Positions 11,047 to 25,512 of a stretch of DNA of 56,336 nucleotides are shown here, in pieces (the first letter of the stretch is position 1; each line of letters opens with the position of its first letter). A program made the translations under genes and the position numbers. The DNA is from Dirinaria sp. TL-2023a. Lineage: Eukaryota. Location of the stretch: assembly GCA_051941275.1 (NCBI GenBank), contig JAVEBF010000014.1, positions 1 to 56,336 of the forward strand. Direction: 5' to 3'. Below the pieces are notes generated by a model. The model was not told the origin of the DNA and made no database searches. It was given only the letters and a program-made list of their open reading frames with translations.

Positions 11047-12357
11047 TCATCGTTGCCTTCCGCCTCCAATATCCTGCCCCAACTGCAATGGGTTAGCTAG
11101 CAGCTGCAAGACACGGAGCACCATCCTAGATGCTCTAGGGAATAGGGCAATCTTACCCTATATCCTCCCACCTTCTCCCACTCTACTTTCTGCCTTGTAA
11201 CTGGCAACTGCCTGCGTAGGCTCTTAAAACTGTTCTCGCTCAACGCCGCAAAACCCCTATTCAGCTCCTCCTGATACCTTTTCTCCACGGCTGCAACCTG
11301 CTTCATCACTTCGACTGCCAATGAGCCGGAGCTGCTTGCTATCGAAACGTTTGCCACAGGCTTCGAAGTCGTCAGCCGGACGTTGCCGTCCTCGTAGTAG
11401 TGCACATCGACTTTTATGGTGCCGGAGAGCGATGAGGATGAAGGATCGAAGGTATAGATGGAGCGCCAACGGCCGTTCCTGTGTGTGTGTTTATCAGTCC
11501 ATTTGGCTTTTCCCAGGAGGCTAAAGATGGGTATTGCTGTATGGAGGGTTTTGTACCAGAAATTCGAAGGCGAGTATTTGTTCGCCACGAGTAGGATCGC
11601 GAGCGTGGAGTCGTCGGCGGAGCTCGGAAAGACGGAGTAGGTGGAGGCGGGGAAATGTTCACGGGCATGGATTGAGAGGGTCTTGAGGAGCGATTTTCTG
11701 GGTTGTTGTTATCGGTCAGCTCTCACTGCTGCTCTCATGGATATATGTTGTGGATGGGTAACATGTCTTTCAGAAGAGAGCACACACATCAGATCTGTGT
11801 GTCGCGATTCAAGACTGTGCGATTGCACGGCTGATGCGGCCTGCGAACCGGTCAGCCCGCTCCAACACTCGGTATGCTTCAAAGAGTTCCGCCCGACCTG
11901 CGTGGTATGGTTGAAGGCGAACACGCTCTGGCTCTCGACGTCGTAGTACCGGGACCCGTCCAGGCTATTGTAGGAGCTCACCAACACCTTTTCTCTCCAT
12001 TTGTTCAGCAAATCCCAGCCATACTTATAGCATGATCCGAGAAGGGTGCACCAACATTCTGGCTGCTACCGGGAAGTTTGACCGTGGCCAGCTGCTCCTC
12101 GTTGTACTTTCTGAAGGCTGGTTGAGCAGACTCGAGGATCTTGGGATCGCTCGCCGTGAGCGCTTTGATATCTTCATTGCTGTGAGATCGTGGGCATAGT
12201 GATCAGATCGTTTTTTCAAGTTTACCTGCCACTACATCTGCGAGCTGTGTGATCAATGAGGTGGTGACCTGAACCGCCATTCGATGGAAGCACTCACCTC
12301 ACCAGGCGGGGCTCCGTCTATGAAAGCTGCCACCGCTGCAGCGGTACTCGAAGCCAT
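11047..12357 (-). CDS. CAP1: F-actin capping protein alpha subunit
   Basis: ATG 12357 (MASSTAAAVAAFIDGAPPGE). Motifs NFWNGRWRS, IKVDVHYYEDGNVRL, FKSLRRQLPVTRQKVEWEK; last exon LGQDIGGGRQR* with stop at 11047. Multiple short introns. Confidence 0.95.
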
Positions 12358-12711
12358 GCCACGTAGTGTCGAGTGTCACGGCACCTGAATGGGCCGCAAT
12401 CGGGTATGGCAAATATGTGGTGGTTGTACCGGACGGTAGGGCGAGTACTGACGACTTAATTTGTTCCCTTACCTGGTACTCGTACCTTCACATATCAGAC
12501 TTTGTATGATACTAGGAACTCTAACAACCTAATTTTTTACACCATTCCAATGCATACAGACCGCACCCATCAGATTATCTTAATTGGGTAAATGACCGGC
12601 CTACATATCTACTTTATACACCCGACCTGCAAAGGGGGTATCTTGCAAATAATTAACTGGCCAAAGCCGCCGACCAAAACTTCCTAGATAAACACTCAAG
12701 CTCCCTGGTTT

Positions 12712-14839
12712 CTACTCAATACTCATGTTCATGAATCCATCGTGAGTATCATTCATCCCTTGCAATCCGACTCGTTTCGGAGTCCCTCCCGTACCGCCCA
12801 CACTTGCAGAGCTTCCACCGCTGCACACCCTTTCCCCTAATACTTGCACATTCGGTGAATCTCGAGCAGTCTTCGGAGGTAGTCCCCACCATCCGCCTTG
12901 AGGCGATTGCGGTAAAACGGGGCTATTTTGCAAACTCACGCCAGGCGACACAGCTCGACGTTTGAAATAGTGTGGATCCAGTTCATCATCACGTATTCGC
13001 TTATTACTTTTCCGTGGCGGATCAACCAAGGTGGGCGCTTGTGGTGCAACCGCGCGAGAATCCGAATTTCGAGCTCGCTGATTAGGCATCTGATGTGTGG
13101 TTGATGAATGAACGGATGATAGGGGAGTGTCCATGTTGATATCGTCACTGATGCCAGAAGAGCTGCCTCTAGGTACTAGAAGTGGCGGAGGGGTCTTCAT
13201 GCTTCGATCGTCGAAATTGTTCCAAAATCCTAGACTTCCAGAGTTTCTCATAGCCGTATACGAGAAAGTACTGGAGGACCGCCGACTAGCGGACTCGCTT
13301 CCCATAGTGACGTCCTCAGGAATGTCTTCAAGGCTTTCAGGTGGACCGGTGCAGGCAAGAATGTTCGGCGAAGAGGCTGTAGTTGTTGGCTGAGACGGTG
13401 GTTGCAGAGACAAGTCGTCACCGTCACTCTCACGGACTTGACGAATCACTTCCGCTTCACGTTTGACTTCGGTATCTATAGGTGCGCCTTCTTCTTGCAG
13501 AAGAGCTTTGATGCGCGAGAAATTCTTTGACTTGGGCTGAAAGGTTTGGTCAGCGATTATATCACTTTAATGTTACTTTTATGCTCCTATTGGGGGTTAA
13601 ACTGACCAACAAGTTACCCCTCCGTGTAACAGCTCTTCGAATGACATTTCGCCTTTCGTCCATGGTGGGAGTAAGGGGTGTCGATGCGATTGCGCCTTCA
13701 TGGGGGCTGATCTTGTGTGCGCCGCACTCATCGCTTTCTTCACCATCAGAAATTTGAAGATCGGTTGTACCTAAGCTTAAACTCTCACGTCGAGATTTCA
13801 TTTCTTTCTTCGAAGGATCTTTGGCAAAGTAACCCGCATTCGGACCACTCTCGATACTTCTTAGGACTGGTGGAGACGATGGGCCTGGGCTGGGCATTGA
13901 GCTATGAGCACTGGCACTACTTGAGCTCTTCCGACTCCTGGCTTTGTGAAATCTAGCTCGCTGGTAACTCATAAGCCTTGCTGCTGGTATAGCGAAGTTA
14001 CCGACCACCTCACTGCTGGTACTAGGTACCAAGAGTCCGAATGGGTTCATCGACATATTGCTTATTCTGGAGGCGTGGGGGGTCGTATGGTTTGCGTCCT
14101 CTTCTTCTGCACCAGCCATCTCATCATCATCCGAGGACGAGGTTTCGGAGTGGTACTCCATCATATTCGTGCTGCCCAAGGAGCTCGATAGACTTTTCTC
14201 GGGATTTCCCGCTGTGGACCACAATGAGTTTGGTGCGTGGCCTGGTGAATCAGGAACGCTCGACGCGGATAAGGAGTTAAGAGGTCCTTTACGCGGCAGA
14301 ATCATCATGCCTCTTCCGCCAACGGTAGGCGAAGAGTCAGGCGAAGACTGCTCGGCAAGAGTGGAGTGGTGCAGATTCGTACAGGCTCTCGAGAAATCCA
14401 TTCCCCTTGAGCGGCGAGGAAGCGCAGAGGGCGCGTTGGTGTACGAGGTTGGCGATTCAAGTTTCGGAGATTGGGGGATGCGCTTTGTCAGATTTGCTGT
14501 GCTCGTGCTGCTAATATCTCGTGGTGGCATCTGAAGACTCAATCCTCGAGAGGCAAAAGTCGAACGTCTTGGAGTTGTTGGGCTGGGAATGGCATACGAG
14601 TCATCCTTGGAAATTGAGGAGCTCTCGATGAAGGCGGGAGATGGGGATAGCTTGGTTCTTGTTTCATGGGACGTCCACGGTCTCGGGAGAGTTGGTGTAG
14701 GAAGGAATAGTGACGGTGCAGGACCGACTTGGTCCTTTACGAGCTGGTTGGTTAATTGGCTTTGTGGCGGTGGGAAACTGTCGACTGGCTCGATGTCGAC
14801 TTGCGCCATTGGCGCATCGGACACGATGGGGGTCGTCAT
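12712..14839 (-). CDS. Ser/Pro-rich, largely disordered hypothetical protein with conserved-looking fungal motifs
   Basis: ATG 14839; one intron 13606-13537 joins the 433-aa and 245-aa ORFs in frame. Structured-looking islands RRSRGMDFSRACTNLHHSTL, RRAVTRRGNLLPKSKNFSRIKALL, FKRRAVSPG, NDTHDGFMNMSIE. Confidence 0.8.
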
Positions 14840-15271
14840 AGTACCGAGCGGTGGATGGACCACTTCAAAAGCAATTCACGCATTCATATTGCTAGATGGC
14901 CTGGATGACGACTTGGAGGGAAACCGCTTTTTTCGGGAAAGCCATGCGGATTGGGAGGTACTTGGCCCTCATGCGAGGCCGCTCATACAAAGTGGTATGA
15001 GGATTTGAAGTACCTCACAGGTACTAGAGGGATCTCAAGGCGCTCTTGAACTTTACCTGATTTGGACACGGAGCGGAATTACCTACGGCGAGCGAAGGTT
15101 CCCCACGGGTCACGGGAGCTGCGCCCGCTCAGCCTCGGCCCACTGACTCTTGCTCATCACGTGACATGTCGTTCCTACCAAATGTTCAACTCCCCATCAG
15201 CTATTGGAGCATTGTGGGGTTTCTTTTTCGTCTTTCTTTCTTTCAATTAAAGCAGAGGGGCCTGCAGAGAC

Positions 15272-16968
15272 ATGAAAGATCCAAAGGATACTCCATCCCT
15301 TGATCGTGCTTTGAAACACGTTTTGAACGTGTCGCTTAACGAAACCAAGGACCTGCTGCCGAGTCGAGCGCTCCTTCATGACATTGAGAGTCGATTACTC
15401 TCTAATTTGCCAGTCCAAGGTTACGGCGTAGATCATGCCACCACGCATATCCTCGACACTATCGTCCCCGGTCTCAACCGTTCGAGTCTTAGCCCTAATT
15501 ATTATGGGTTTGTAACAGGTGGTAGCACTCCGGCGGCAAGGATTGTCAGTATCTTGCCCCGAATACCTTCATACGAAGTAAACTGGCCTTGCGCCTCGAA
15601 AATCGTTCAGTGGCTTCGGTGTTTACCTGATCAGAAGTGTGCTGATTCCAGGATCTGTAGGCGGATGCCGTTGTCACTGCCTACGATCAAAATGTTCAGG
15701 TGCACTTACCAGACCAGGCTATTACAACTGTCGTAGAAGACCGAGCGCTCAGGCTGGTGTTGGACCTTTTGCGATTAGAGCATACTACTTGGAAGGGCAG
15801 AACTTTCACGACAGGAGCCACGGCCAGCAACGTCCTTGGCATACTCAGTGGACGTGAGTATGTTTTGGCAAAAGCGCAGGAACGTCAGACTGGGAATTCT
15901 GGAAATGAGAAGGTGACGGTCGCTCATCATGGGCTTGTCGCAGCATGCAGCGCGGCCCACATCGATAAGGTCCAAGTTCTCACTACTCTGCCCCACTCGT
16001 CTCTTCTGAAAGCTTGTAGTATAGCTGGTCTTGGCAGGTCTTCGGTGATTCAAGTAGGTATCCAAGGAGACGACATACAATTTGATTTCAATAAGCTCGA
16101 AGCCCACCTAGAACGCAGGAACACTGCATCAATTGTGGTTGTATCCTGTGGTGACGTAAATACCGGCCGTTTTACAACGAACAATATCGAGGACATGAGG
16201 AAGGTGAGGTCGCTCTGCAATATACACGGTGCTTGGCTCCACATTGATGGTGGTAGGTTTTGATGGGGTCACGTTTTGTGGCTGATCCACTGATGAGGTA
16301 AAGCTTTCGGTTTGTTCGCCAGAACGCTCGAAGACGTTCCAGAGTTTGAGTACGTTCGAGGCGGCGCTGAGGGTCTTCACATAGCGGACTCTATCACTGG
16401 TGATGCTCATAAGCTTCTAAATGTCCCATATGACTGCGGTTTCTTCTTCTGTCAAGACCCCAACATAGCTCAACAAGTCTGTCAGAACCCCAACGCGGCG
16501 TACCTGACCTCTTCATCTTCAAGCGCCGACACCATTACTTCACCGCTTAACATTGGTATAGAGAACTCCCGTCGTTTCAGAAGCCTACCAGTGTACGCGA
16601 CACTGATGGCGTACGGGCTCGAGGGGTACCGAGAGATGGTGACACGACAAGTTCGATTAGCTCGATCGGTAGCTTCGTTTTTGCACCGTCATTCGGCCTT
16701 TGAACTCTTGCCCAAGACGACGCTGCAACCGTTTGAAAGATCCATCTTTATCATCGTTTTATTTAGAGCCAAGGACGAAGCGTTGAACACAGAACTGGTC
16801 CAGCGGATCAACGCCAGTTCTCGAATGTACGTTTCAGGTACTGTTTGGCGAGGGCAACCGGCAAGTCGGATTGCTGTTGCTAATTGGCAGGTTGATGTCG
16901 AGCGAGATCTAGCAACTGTCAAGGCTGTCCTGCAGGACATTGCCAGCAGCTGGGGCTGTGTGCAATGA
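15272..16968 (+). CDS. Group II pyridoxal-phosphate-dependent amino acid decarboxylase (substrate unknown)
   Basis: Exons 15272-15544, 15661-~16252, ~16304-16968. Motifs YYGFVTGG, FTTGATASN, WLHIDGA and PLP-lysine motif SITGDAHKLLNVPYDCG. Confidence 0.9.
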
Positions 16969-17142
16969 TAAGCGGTTTGATGCTCATTCTGCTCAAGCAG
17001 TGGTATGGAGCCATCCTCCGCAGCCGTTTCCCACTTGCCGGTGGTCAAGACATAGAGTTAACCCGAGTGTCACCGATGTTTCAGTCAGCGCTCCTGCTGA
17101 GGCTCCATTACAGGCTCGAATTTCGAGCAACTCGCTAGTCTT

Positions 17143-19526
17143 TCAATGCCTCCTACTATCACTCCCCACTTCATTTCCTCGATCATTAATATTAATAACC
17201 TCACCAATTCCAGCCTCTTCTTGTTCATCTTCGAGTACCGTAATCTCTTCCCGGCATTCCCACCACTGTTTGTCCGCTAATTCAAAGGCATCTTTGCGCA
17301 ATTCTTTTATTGTCTTTTCCGGCTGAGACTCCTGCTGCAAGCCTTCTAGGAGGATTCGTTGCCATATACCGGATGTTCTTGTGAAAAAATCTCGTAGATT
17401 TTCAAACGGCCGTGGTTGTGGCCTTGTATCGACCATAACGCCGTCTGCTTCATCGTCGCTGTCCTCTTTCAGCGTTTCGGCTTTCAATCCGTTTTCAGTT
17501 TCAATGGGCGTTAAAGTGGCGCCCTGAGGATCTTCAACATCATGCTCATCTCCTGATTGTTCTCCTTCGCCGTCTGAGTCGCTAGCTTCATCCCCGCTTC
17601 CTTGCCAATCCTTGACCTCTCTACGGTATATCTCTTTGATTCCATCAAGCTTACCCAGATCAACGGCCCACATCTCATCAAATGTATATTCTGCGTCCCC
17701 GTGCTCGTAAGTGCCCCCAAAAATGTATATAACATCGTCTTGAACCGCTAGTTGAGCATTAAATCTTGGATGAGGCATGGTCATCAAGACGGGCTTCGTC
17801 GACTTTGCCATAATTTCTTCGCCAGGAACTTCCGTTTTTGATTTTTTGGACTCCAGCACGACCGTTGAGCTCTTCATATCCAATAACGCTAGGTTTTGTA
17901 ATAGCTCTGCTTCATCCGCTCTTCCTCGCTCTCTCTTCAGCAGCAAACGATCATCTGCTGGTCTTTTCGAAGCAAGTTTTCTTGGTCTCAACTTGAGCGG
18001 GTAAAACCGATTTTTCTCAATATTCCAGGCATAGAGCGCGTCGAAGAACTCGCTGTCAATACCTTCTTCGCTTTCCTCGATATCGTGAACCCCTCCAAAA
18101 AGTATACCGCGCCCTTTATGATATGCCATGGTAGCACCAGCACGTACTGGATATGGCATATTTGCTGGTTTCTTACGACGTTCCCAGCGAACAATTGGTT
18201 GAGTCGCGATTGAGCCATCTGCGGGCGGCTGAATGATACGTAGGAACCATGTATCTTGATGGATTATTGGCTTGTATACAGCGCGAACGTGTTGAATTCC
18301 ACCTCTAGTCTGTCTGCTAGCAGTCACTGTACATTTGGTTCGGGAATACCCTCCGCACATGACTGCCCCTGCATCATGAGGGAGGAATGAGAACGATGAG
18401 CGAGCATCTGGCCTCTGACTGGCTGACGGAAGCTCTGCGCCATACCAGACCAATGCCTGTGCCGGAAAATGAGCTACACAGTACAGGCAGAACTGAGATT
18501 CTTCCTCGGATACCAGCAGAGTAACGAAGACTTACTTGACAATCATAAATCCAAAGATCTTGTAGATATTTTGTAGACTGAGAGGTGTCTTGGAACCCTC
18601 CAAACAAAACAATGTAATTCTGCGTGCATTTAGCTCCTGAAGACGAAGCGAGCAGTCTGGTTTCGAGGACCTTGAAGTATGTCATTCGATGCCCACTGCG
18701 GGGAGGAGGCATCTTCCCTTTGCTTTCTAGCCTAGTCCATTCCCGTGAAGATGGCTCAAGCCGCCAGAAATCGCTGTAGTGATAGAAAGTACCTTGCTTC
18801 GGACTAGAAAATTCACCTGCACTATTCTCTAGCACGACTGTGCAGACTGAAGCAAAGGTGGCAGTCGAGAGGCTGCTTGGCCAAGCTCATAGGGTCACGA
18901 TTCGGAATTATGCTCACCTCCAAATAGATAAATAGCCCCACCATTTCCCCCTCTACACCAAGCATGGCCGCTTCTCGGAAGAGGACTGTTTGGGCTCTCT
19001 ACCTTACGCCACTCGTCCTTCTCGGTTTGATAAATGAAGAGATCGTTGAAAAATGTCGCAAAGGTACCATTGAAATATTCGCCTCCAAATAAAAATAGTT
19101 CCTTGCCTAAAGGAGAGGCGATGAACGTAGCCGAAGAGCGAGGCGATGGCGGTTCACATGTTGTTTCAGTCACTTTTAGGTATTGGGCTTGCTAAAACTT
19201 CATGAGCTCAGTGGTACTCGACAAGAAAATGCTAGAGAGAAGTAGACTGAGCAAAGTGATAGATATGACAAGATTCTGCTCTTAGGCGCAGGACAGGGTG
19301 AGAGAGCAGCAGAAGTTGCAGAGCTGGGTTGCACAAAGCCATATGCGATAAGTACCTGTTTTGAGTACTCTTGCAGAACAGACTCCAAATCAATATCTTC
19401 GGCATCGCTTTCGTCTGCTGTCTTCGATTTGGCCTTTTTCTCTTTCTGCGCAGCTTTCTTTGTTTGTTTCGCTGCCACGCGGGCCTTCTGCTCCGCAGAC
19501 TGCGACTTTTTGTGTTTTTTTACCAT
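17143..19526 (-). CDS. KEL3: Kelch-repeat protein Kel3/KLHDC4 family with acidic C-terminal domain
   Basis: Lys-rich N-terminus from ATG 19526. Kelch repeats (PSPRSSAT..LFLFGGE; PLPRSGH; PPPRSGHRM; PHPRFNAQL) and C-terminal PRPFENLRDFF..W. Confidence 0.9.
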
Positions 19527-19996
19527 GATGCGTCCTCAAACCGATTTCTATGGAATAGCATGCAGCCTGAGGGCTAGAGCGACTCATTTAACCACTTGTA
19601 AATTGAGACTTGGCACTTATAGCGTCAGCAGATAATAGCACATTTGCCATAGACAAATACTCAGATTGTCAATACAGTACGGCTCAGCAGCTATTCGCAT
19701 CCATTCGCAGCCGAGTTCTCTGAAAGTTTGATAGCTTTTTTAGCTATGATCCAGCGAATGTAAAATTAAAATAGCTTTTACCTCCCTTGTCGAGGTTTGT
19801 CAGAGAGGGACTCTAGGTGCGCAGGGCCTCGGGAAAAGTCCTTTTCTCAGAGACTTGCGTGATATGAGAAGCACACACGCCGTTGGTTTCAACAGTTGAC
19901 TTGCCAATGCCTCGGCCTCAATTCCCACCAATGTGTGATAGTGTTGTCTTGGAGGAGGGCCACTAAGGTGATAGCCAAGGAAAGCCAAGATATAAT

Positions 19997-20073
19997 CACG
20001 TGTTCGCGTGAAAAGCGTGTATCGCGCTTGCCGAGAAGTACCTTATTTAAAGTGTACGCGACTCTTAACGCGT
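19997..20073 (+). promoter_or_regulatory. Cluster of MCB-like elements upstream of SGS1
   Basis: TCGCGT 20004-20009, ACGCGA 20056-20061, ACGCGT 20068-20073 and CACGTG 19997-20002, all within ~155 bp of the SGS1 ATG; fits MBF control of a DNA-repair gene. Confidence 0.5.
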
Positions 20074-20150
20074 GCGGTATCGGCAACACTACTAGAATGG
20101 CATACAGTGCTCGATACTTTGAGGATTACTGTACGAATGGCTAAGGCTTA

Positions 20151-23100
20151 ATGACGAAGAACAATCTGAGAACCCACTTAAGTTGGCTGGTTGGCTCGAT
20201 TGGGTTCGCGACCCCATCCCCCGGGCTGATCCCTTCTTGGGTTGAATCGACCTCTGTATCAAGTAGTGGATCGGACGACCCCTTGCACGGAGATCCAGAT
20301 TCTCGAAGCGTCGTTTTACCCATTCAGGAACGAGAAAGACGAAATGTCGGTAGTGACAGATCAGCTCGGGACGTGCAGCATCTTCCACTAGAGCAAAATA
20401 TATTCCCCCAGAAGCAACCCACGACAATGGCGCGGCTTCAATCAGCGTCTAAGTCAAGTAGGAAAGTAAAACTTCTGACGCAGGATCCTTCAGCCCAACT
20501 GGAAACCCCAAATAACTACCGAAGTCGGCCGCACGGTACTTCGCTCAGAGACCAGTACAACGCTCCATACGACCGTAGCATAGGTAATTCTCTCTTTCCG
20601 CTGCTCATGCCTATTCCCCCTCTAACTTACAATTTGCAGCCTCGCCAAATGTGAGCAAGCATACCGAATGGAAGCCAAAGATACAAATTCCGGCTGCTAC
20701 TGTCTCTGCAAATCGCCTAGCCTACGTCGATTTTGGTGCAATCGATTTGACTGCTGACGGTGGAGATAATGCATCTTCTTCGAGTACTATTGAAGTCTTT
20801 GGCGAGCCTCGAGCAATATGGAGAGAAGATAGTGCTACGCGTAAAGAACCGCTCGTAAGGAAAGGGAAGAAAAGGAAAAGCCACGAGTTCGAATCTGACA
20901 TGCCCGAAACGGCTGGCAGGCTATCCCAGGATAGCTTTGTTGCAATCGATTCTTTCCTTGACGAGCCTCGCGCGTCCAAGTCAATTCGTGATCCAATGAA
21001 AGTATCTACTAGTCAGCAGCAACCGCACTCGCCGTCTCCCATGAAGGAGGAATCCCTTAGCACACCTTCATCACCCCAACTCGCAACTGAGTCATCGCCT
21101 CGAAAAGTCGGTAGACCAAAAAATAAGCTACAAGATAATCATGGAGGTGCTGTCGCGGATTCTGAAGGTGAAGATGAAGATGAAGATGAAGATGATGGTG
21201 GCATCAAAGTAGACCACGACACAAATGGTCTCTTGGAAGACCACAACTCAATCGGACTCCATGAACAATTCCAAGCAGCAGGAGAAAGGTCGCAGGACCG
21301 CTCAAAAAGGATCAAAGCCGGGAATATATCGCCTGAAAAGTCTGAAGTAGCAACGGATGTTCTTGTAAACTCTCATAGAGCTCTCCAGGATGAAGGACGT
21401 GAATGCTCTCCCTATCAATGCAATTCTCCGACCAAAGTACGATCACTTTCTAAAGCAATGCCGAAGCAAATGGCGCAAGTTGCGGAGCGGTCATTGCATG
21501 ACCCACAAAAGTCTACTGAGCTGTCTGAAAAGAACACAGTCCTCACGTTCCTTGGTCTACCGCCTCGTCAAGTCCGTGACTTCATAGAAAGTCTGGAAAA
21601 AGATAGAAACGCTGCAGCAGAGAAGTGGTATAACTGCTCTGTACAGGGATCGACAGAAACGGCCAGAAAATTCCAGCACGAAACTGAGTCTCTAAATATT
21701 AAGATCAATGCTATGAAAGATCTGCTTCGAAATCGAGACGATCACTTCAAACTTTGCACACGGAGAGATGAGCTCAAAAGCGGTCTGATAGAGGCAGTCG
21801 ACCAGAACAAAATGCCGTCGCTATACTCAAGAGACATTCAAGAATTGCAAGCGATCCTGGACCAGCTTTCGAAAATGGAGCTGGGTATGTCACAGCTTTT
21901 GTATAGAGCTGCAATTCCACCCAACAACGGCAATCCTCTTCTGTGTAATGGTCACATAGAAACTATGGTCAATTGCGACATGGACAGTGAACGGCCGAAG
22001 ACTCTGGTGCAGTCTACCCAAATGCATCCAGCAGTCAGAAGCCTAGAACCGGCAGATTCGAGCATGCCACTCTCGAATATGCCAAGGAACACCCAATACG
22101 TACAGCAGACGCAGGTTCCGTCTTTGGCACCTACGACTCCAATCAAACGAGTCAATTCTAGCAGTTTTCCTTGTCAAAGGAGTCCCATTCGTACTTATGC
22201 ATGTTCGCCTGGAGGCACTGATGTGAATGCGTACTTCTCCCCTGCCAGAAGTAAGATTGGGCAAGAGTCTCGGAACGTCAACACAGCGCTCCGGGATAGC
22301 CTGCGGTCCTCTACCCCGATGCAAATCTCTAAAGCTCCGACGATATCATATCACACGACGAAACTTGGAAAAGAAAAGGGAGAGCGCGAACAAGAAGGCC
22401 CGAAAATCGCGCATGATCAGTCGCCACCACTTCAGGATGAAAATGTGTGCAATGAAGTAGAAGATGAGTATGGGGAAAATGACGACGACGAAGAAATGCT
22501 TGAAGTGGCGGAAGAATTAGAAAACCGAAAGTCAGAGGCACGCAAGAACATATCTTCGACCCGGCGTAGCGTATTTGCAGAGACATCGGGTAATGTTATC
22601 AGGCCAGATCCACGTAGAATCGAGCTTCAAGCACACCAAGATCCTATCGAGGCTGATCAGATGCAGCATATATGGTCCAAAGATGTCAAAGCGGCGATGA
22701 GAGACAGATTTTTTCTCCGCGACTTCCGTCCTAATCAGCTTGAGGCGATAAACGCCACCTTGAGTGGCAAAGATACCTTTGTATTGATGCCAACTGGAGG
22801 AGGCAAGTCTCTATGTTACCAATTGCCGTCGATAGTTAGCTCAGGGCGGACTAGCGGGGTCACACTCGTTATATCTCCACTGCTTAGTCTAATGCAGGAC
22901 CAGATCGACCACTTGCAGAAGCTCAGAATCCAAGCATTCCTGCTGAATGGTGAAGTGACAGCAGAACATCGTCGTTCTGTTATGGACAAACTCGGGCACC
23001 CACAAGTCGAGAAAGTCGTCCAACTACTATACATCACCCCTGAGATGATCAGCAAGAACCAAAAAATCGTTGATGCATTTCATAATTTGCACCAGCGCAA

Positions 23101-25512
23101 AAAGCTGGCTAGGATTGTGATCGACGAAGCTCATTGCGTGAGTCAATGGGGTCACGACTTTCGGCCTGATTACAAATTGCTCGGGGAAGTGAGGCAGCAG
23201 TTTCGTGGCGTGCCTGTAATGGCGCTTACCGCGACTGCTACTGAAAACGTCAAAGTTGATGTTATTCATAACCTTGGTATCCAGAATTGCGAGGTCCTCA
23301 CACAAAGCTTCAATCGTCCAAATCTATTTTATGAAGTTCGGAGCAAAGCAAAGGGCGTCCTCGAGAGCATTGCATCCACAATCAAAGAGTCGTACCGTAA
23401 CCAATCCGGTATCGTCTATTGCTTGTCGAGGAAAAGTTGCGAAAGAATTGCTAAGAAGCTTCGAGAGCATTATGATATCAAAGCTGAGCATTATCACGCA
23501 GGTATGGATCCTCAAGCCAAACACCGAGTTCAGAAACAGTGGCAGAATGGAGTGCACCACGTAATTGTTGCGACAATTGCTTTCGGCATGGGTATTGACA
23601 AACCAGACGTGCGCTTTGTTATCCACCATACCATACCTAAGAGCCTTGAAGGCTATTACCAGGAGACAGGGCGCGCAGGACGTGATGGAGAACAATCGCA
23701 ATGCTATCTGTACTACGGCTACCACGACACAAATGCTCTCAGAAGAATGATTGACGACGGAGAAGGTAGCTGGGAACAGAAAGATCGCCAGCGTGAAATG
23801 TTGCGCAATGTGGTCGAATTTTGCGAAAACCGCAGTGATTGCAGAAGAGTGCAAATACTGGGCTATTTTAATGAGCCTTTCGATGCCCACAATTGCAACT
23901 CGACCTGCGACAATTGTAACTCCAAAAGTGCTTTCGAGACAGTAGACCTTACAAAGTATGCTGTCTCCGCTGTTGAACTGGTGGAGAATATCCAGGGGGC
24001 GAATGTTACCCTACTGCACTGCGTAGATGTCTTCCGTGGTGGCAAGAGCAAAAAAATATCCGACTTGAAACACTTCGAGCTGGCACAGTATGGTGCGGGA
24101 TCTGCCCTTGATAGAGGGGACGTCGAGCGACTCTTCCGGCGCCTTTTGAGCGAAAGCGCCTTGGCAGGACACAACAGAGTGAACAAAATGGGTTTCGTCA
24201 CGCAATATGTACATGTGAGTACTGGCGATCTCGACTTGTGCGTCGCCAGCAGCAACTAACTAAATCTAGCTTGGTGACAATTGGGAAGAATTCTTAAGTG
24301 GCCGTAGGAAGCTCAAGCTACACATACGAGTATCGCCAAGTGGGAAATCCAAGGAAGCTACCAAAGCTTCGCGATCTCGATCTACTGGCGTGGCTGCATC
24401 GCGGCAAGAGCATCCAATCTCGACGAATGTCTCCTCACCAGTTCAAGCGGCGACCAAGCGACGAAATTTGCCGCGAAGTAAAGCGCCTACTAAAATCGAT
24501 TTAGACTCGTATCACTATTCCCGCGATGATCTCGTAGCAAGCGGCAACGAGAGCGCTTACGTAGAGACAGATAATGAAGCAGGATCCGAAGTCGACCAGG
24601 TGCGCGGAGCAAGAAAGCGTCACAAGTTGCGGACACAGTCATTGGGACCTCGAATCGAGATCGATGAAAAGATAGGGGGCTTGAACGAAGCCCACCAAAC
24701 AGTGCTTGAAAATTTTATGGTCCATGCTGCCCAGCTCAGCGGAAAAGTAAGCCAAGTCGACGATTTGCAGGTGTCTGTGCTGATAAGGGACAGCTCGTTC
24801 TCGAAAACGGATTACATACTGGACCATTCAGTGACACGATACTTCGGGAAATGGTGATCAATTTCCCTCAAAGTCAGTCACGCGTTTGACGGATTCTACA
24901 CTATACTAACAAAATTTAGATGAAAGCCAATTACTCGAGATTCCAGGCATCAATCCCGAAAGAGTCAGACTGTATGGCAAACACTTTCTAAATCTTGTTC
25001 AGAACAGTGAGAGGCTTTATGAGGGCATGATGCAAAGCCTGGGAGATAGGTCACGCGATCCTAACCACCACATCGTCATTGATATCAGTAGCGATGAGGA
25101 CTACGGTGATGACGCCGATCTGGACGAACTCGCAAACGAAGATTCGCAGGATGGACGCAGTCAATATTTTCCAGGACCGGATGTGGAAGCGTTCAATGCT
25201 CGAGGTATGTGATCCCAATACGTCATTTCGGAATGACTAATGAAAATCCAAGTCTCTCAAGTCAAGACTTTGTCTAAGGTACCTTCCGCCCAGGTGCATG
25301 CCCAAAGTGACAGTAGCAATCGAGCGGATCCCCGAGGGCGTGCGCGCGGTGGGCCCAGGAAAGACAGTAGAAAAAGGTCGGGCAATAGCAACAAAAGAAA
25401 AGAGACAACCAAGAATAGGCCTAGGGTTGGCGGAAAAAAGCGAGGCAACTCCAACTCTGAAGCTTCGTCTAAGCGCGGGGGAGGCGGAGTGATTGCTGCA
25501 ATGCCGATCTAG
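20151..25512 (+). CDS. SGS1: RecQ family DNA helicase (Sgs1/Rqh1/BLM-like)
   Basis: N-terminal MTKNNLRTHLSWL; motif 0 FRPNQLEAI, MPTGGGKS, DEAH, SQWGHDFRPDY, ATIAFGMGIDK, YYQETGRAGRDG, RQC Zn cysteines (CRR...CDNC); HRDC-like region in 3' exons. About five introns. Confidence 0.95.
21170..21193 (+). repeat. (GAAGAT)4 coding microsatellite (acidic tract in Sgs1)
   Basis: gaagat repeated four times, encoding EDEDEDED. Confidence 0.8.
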
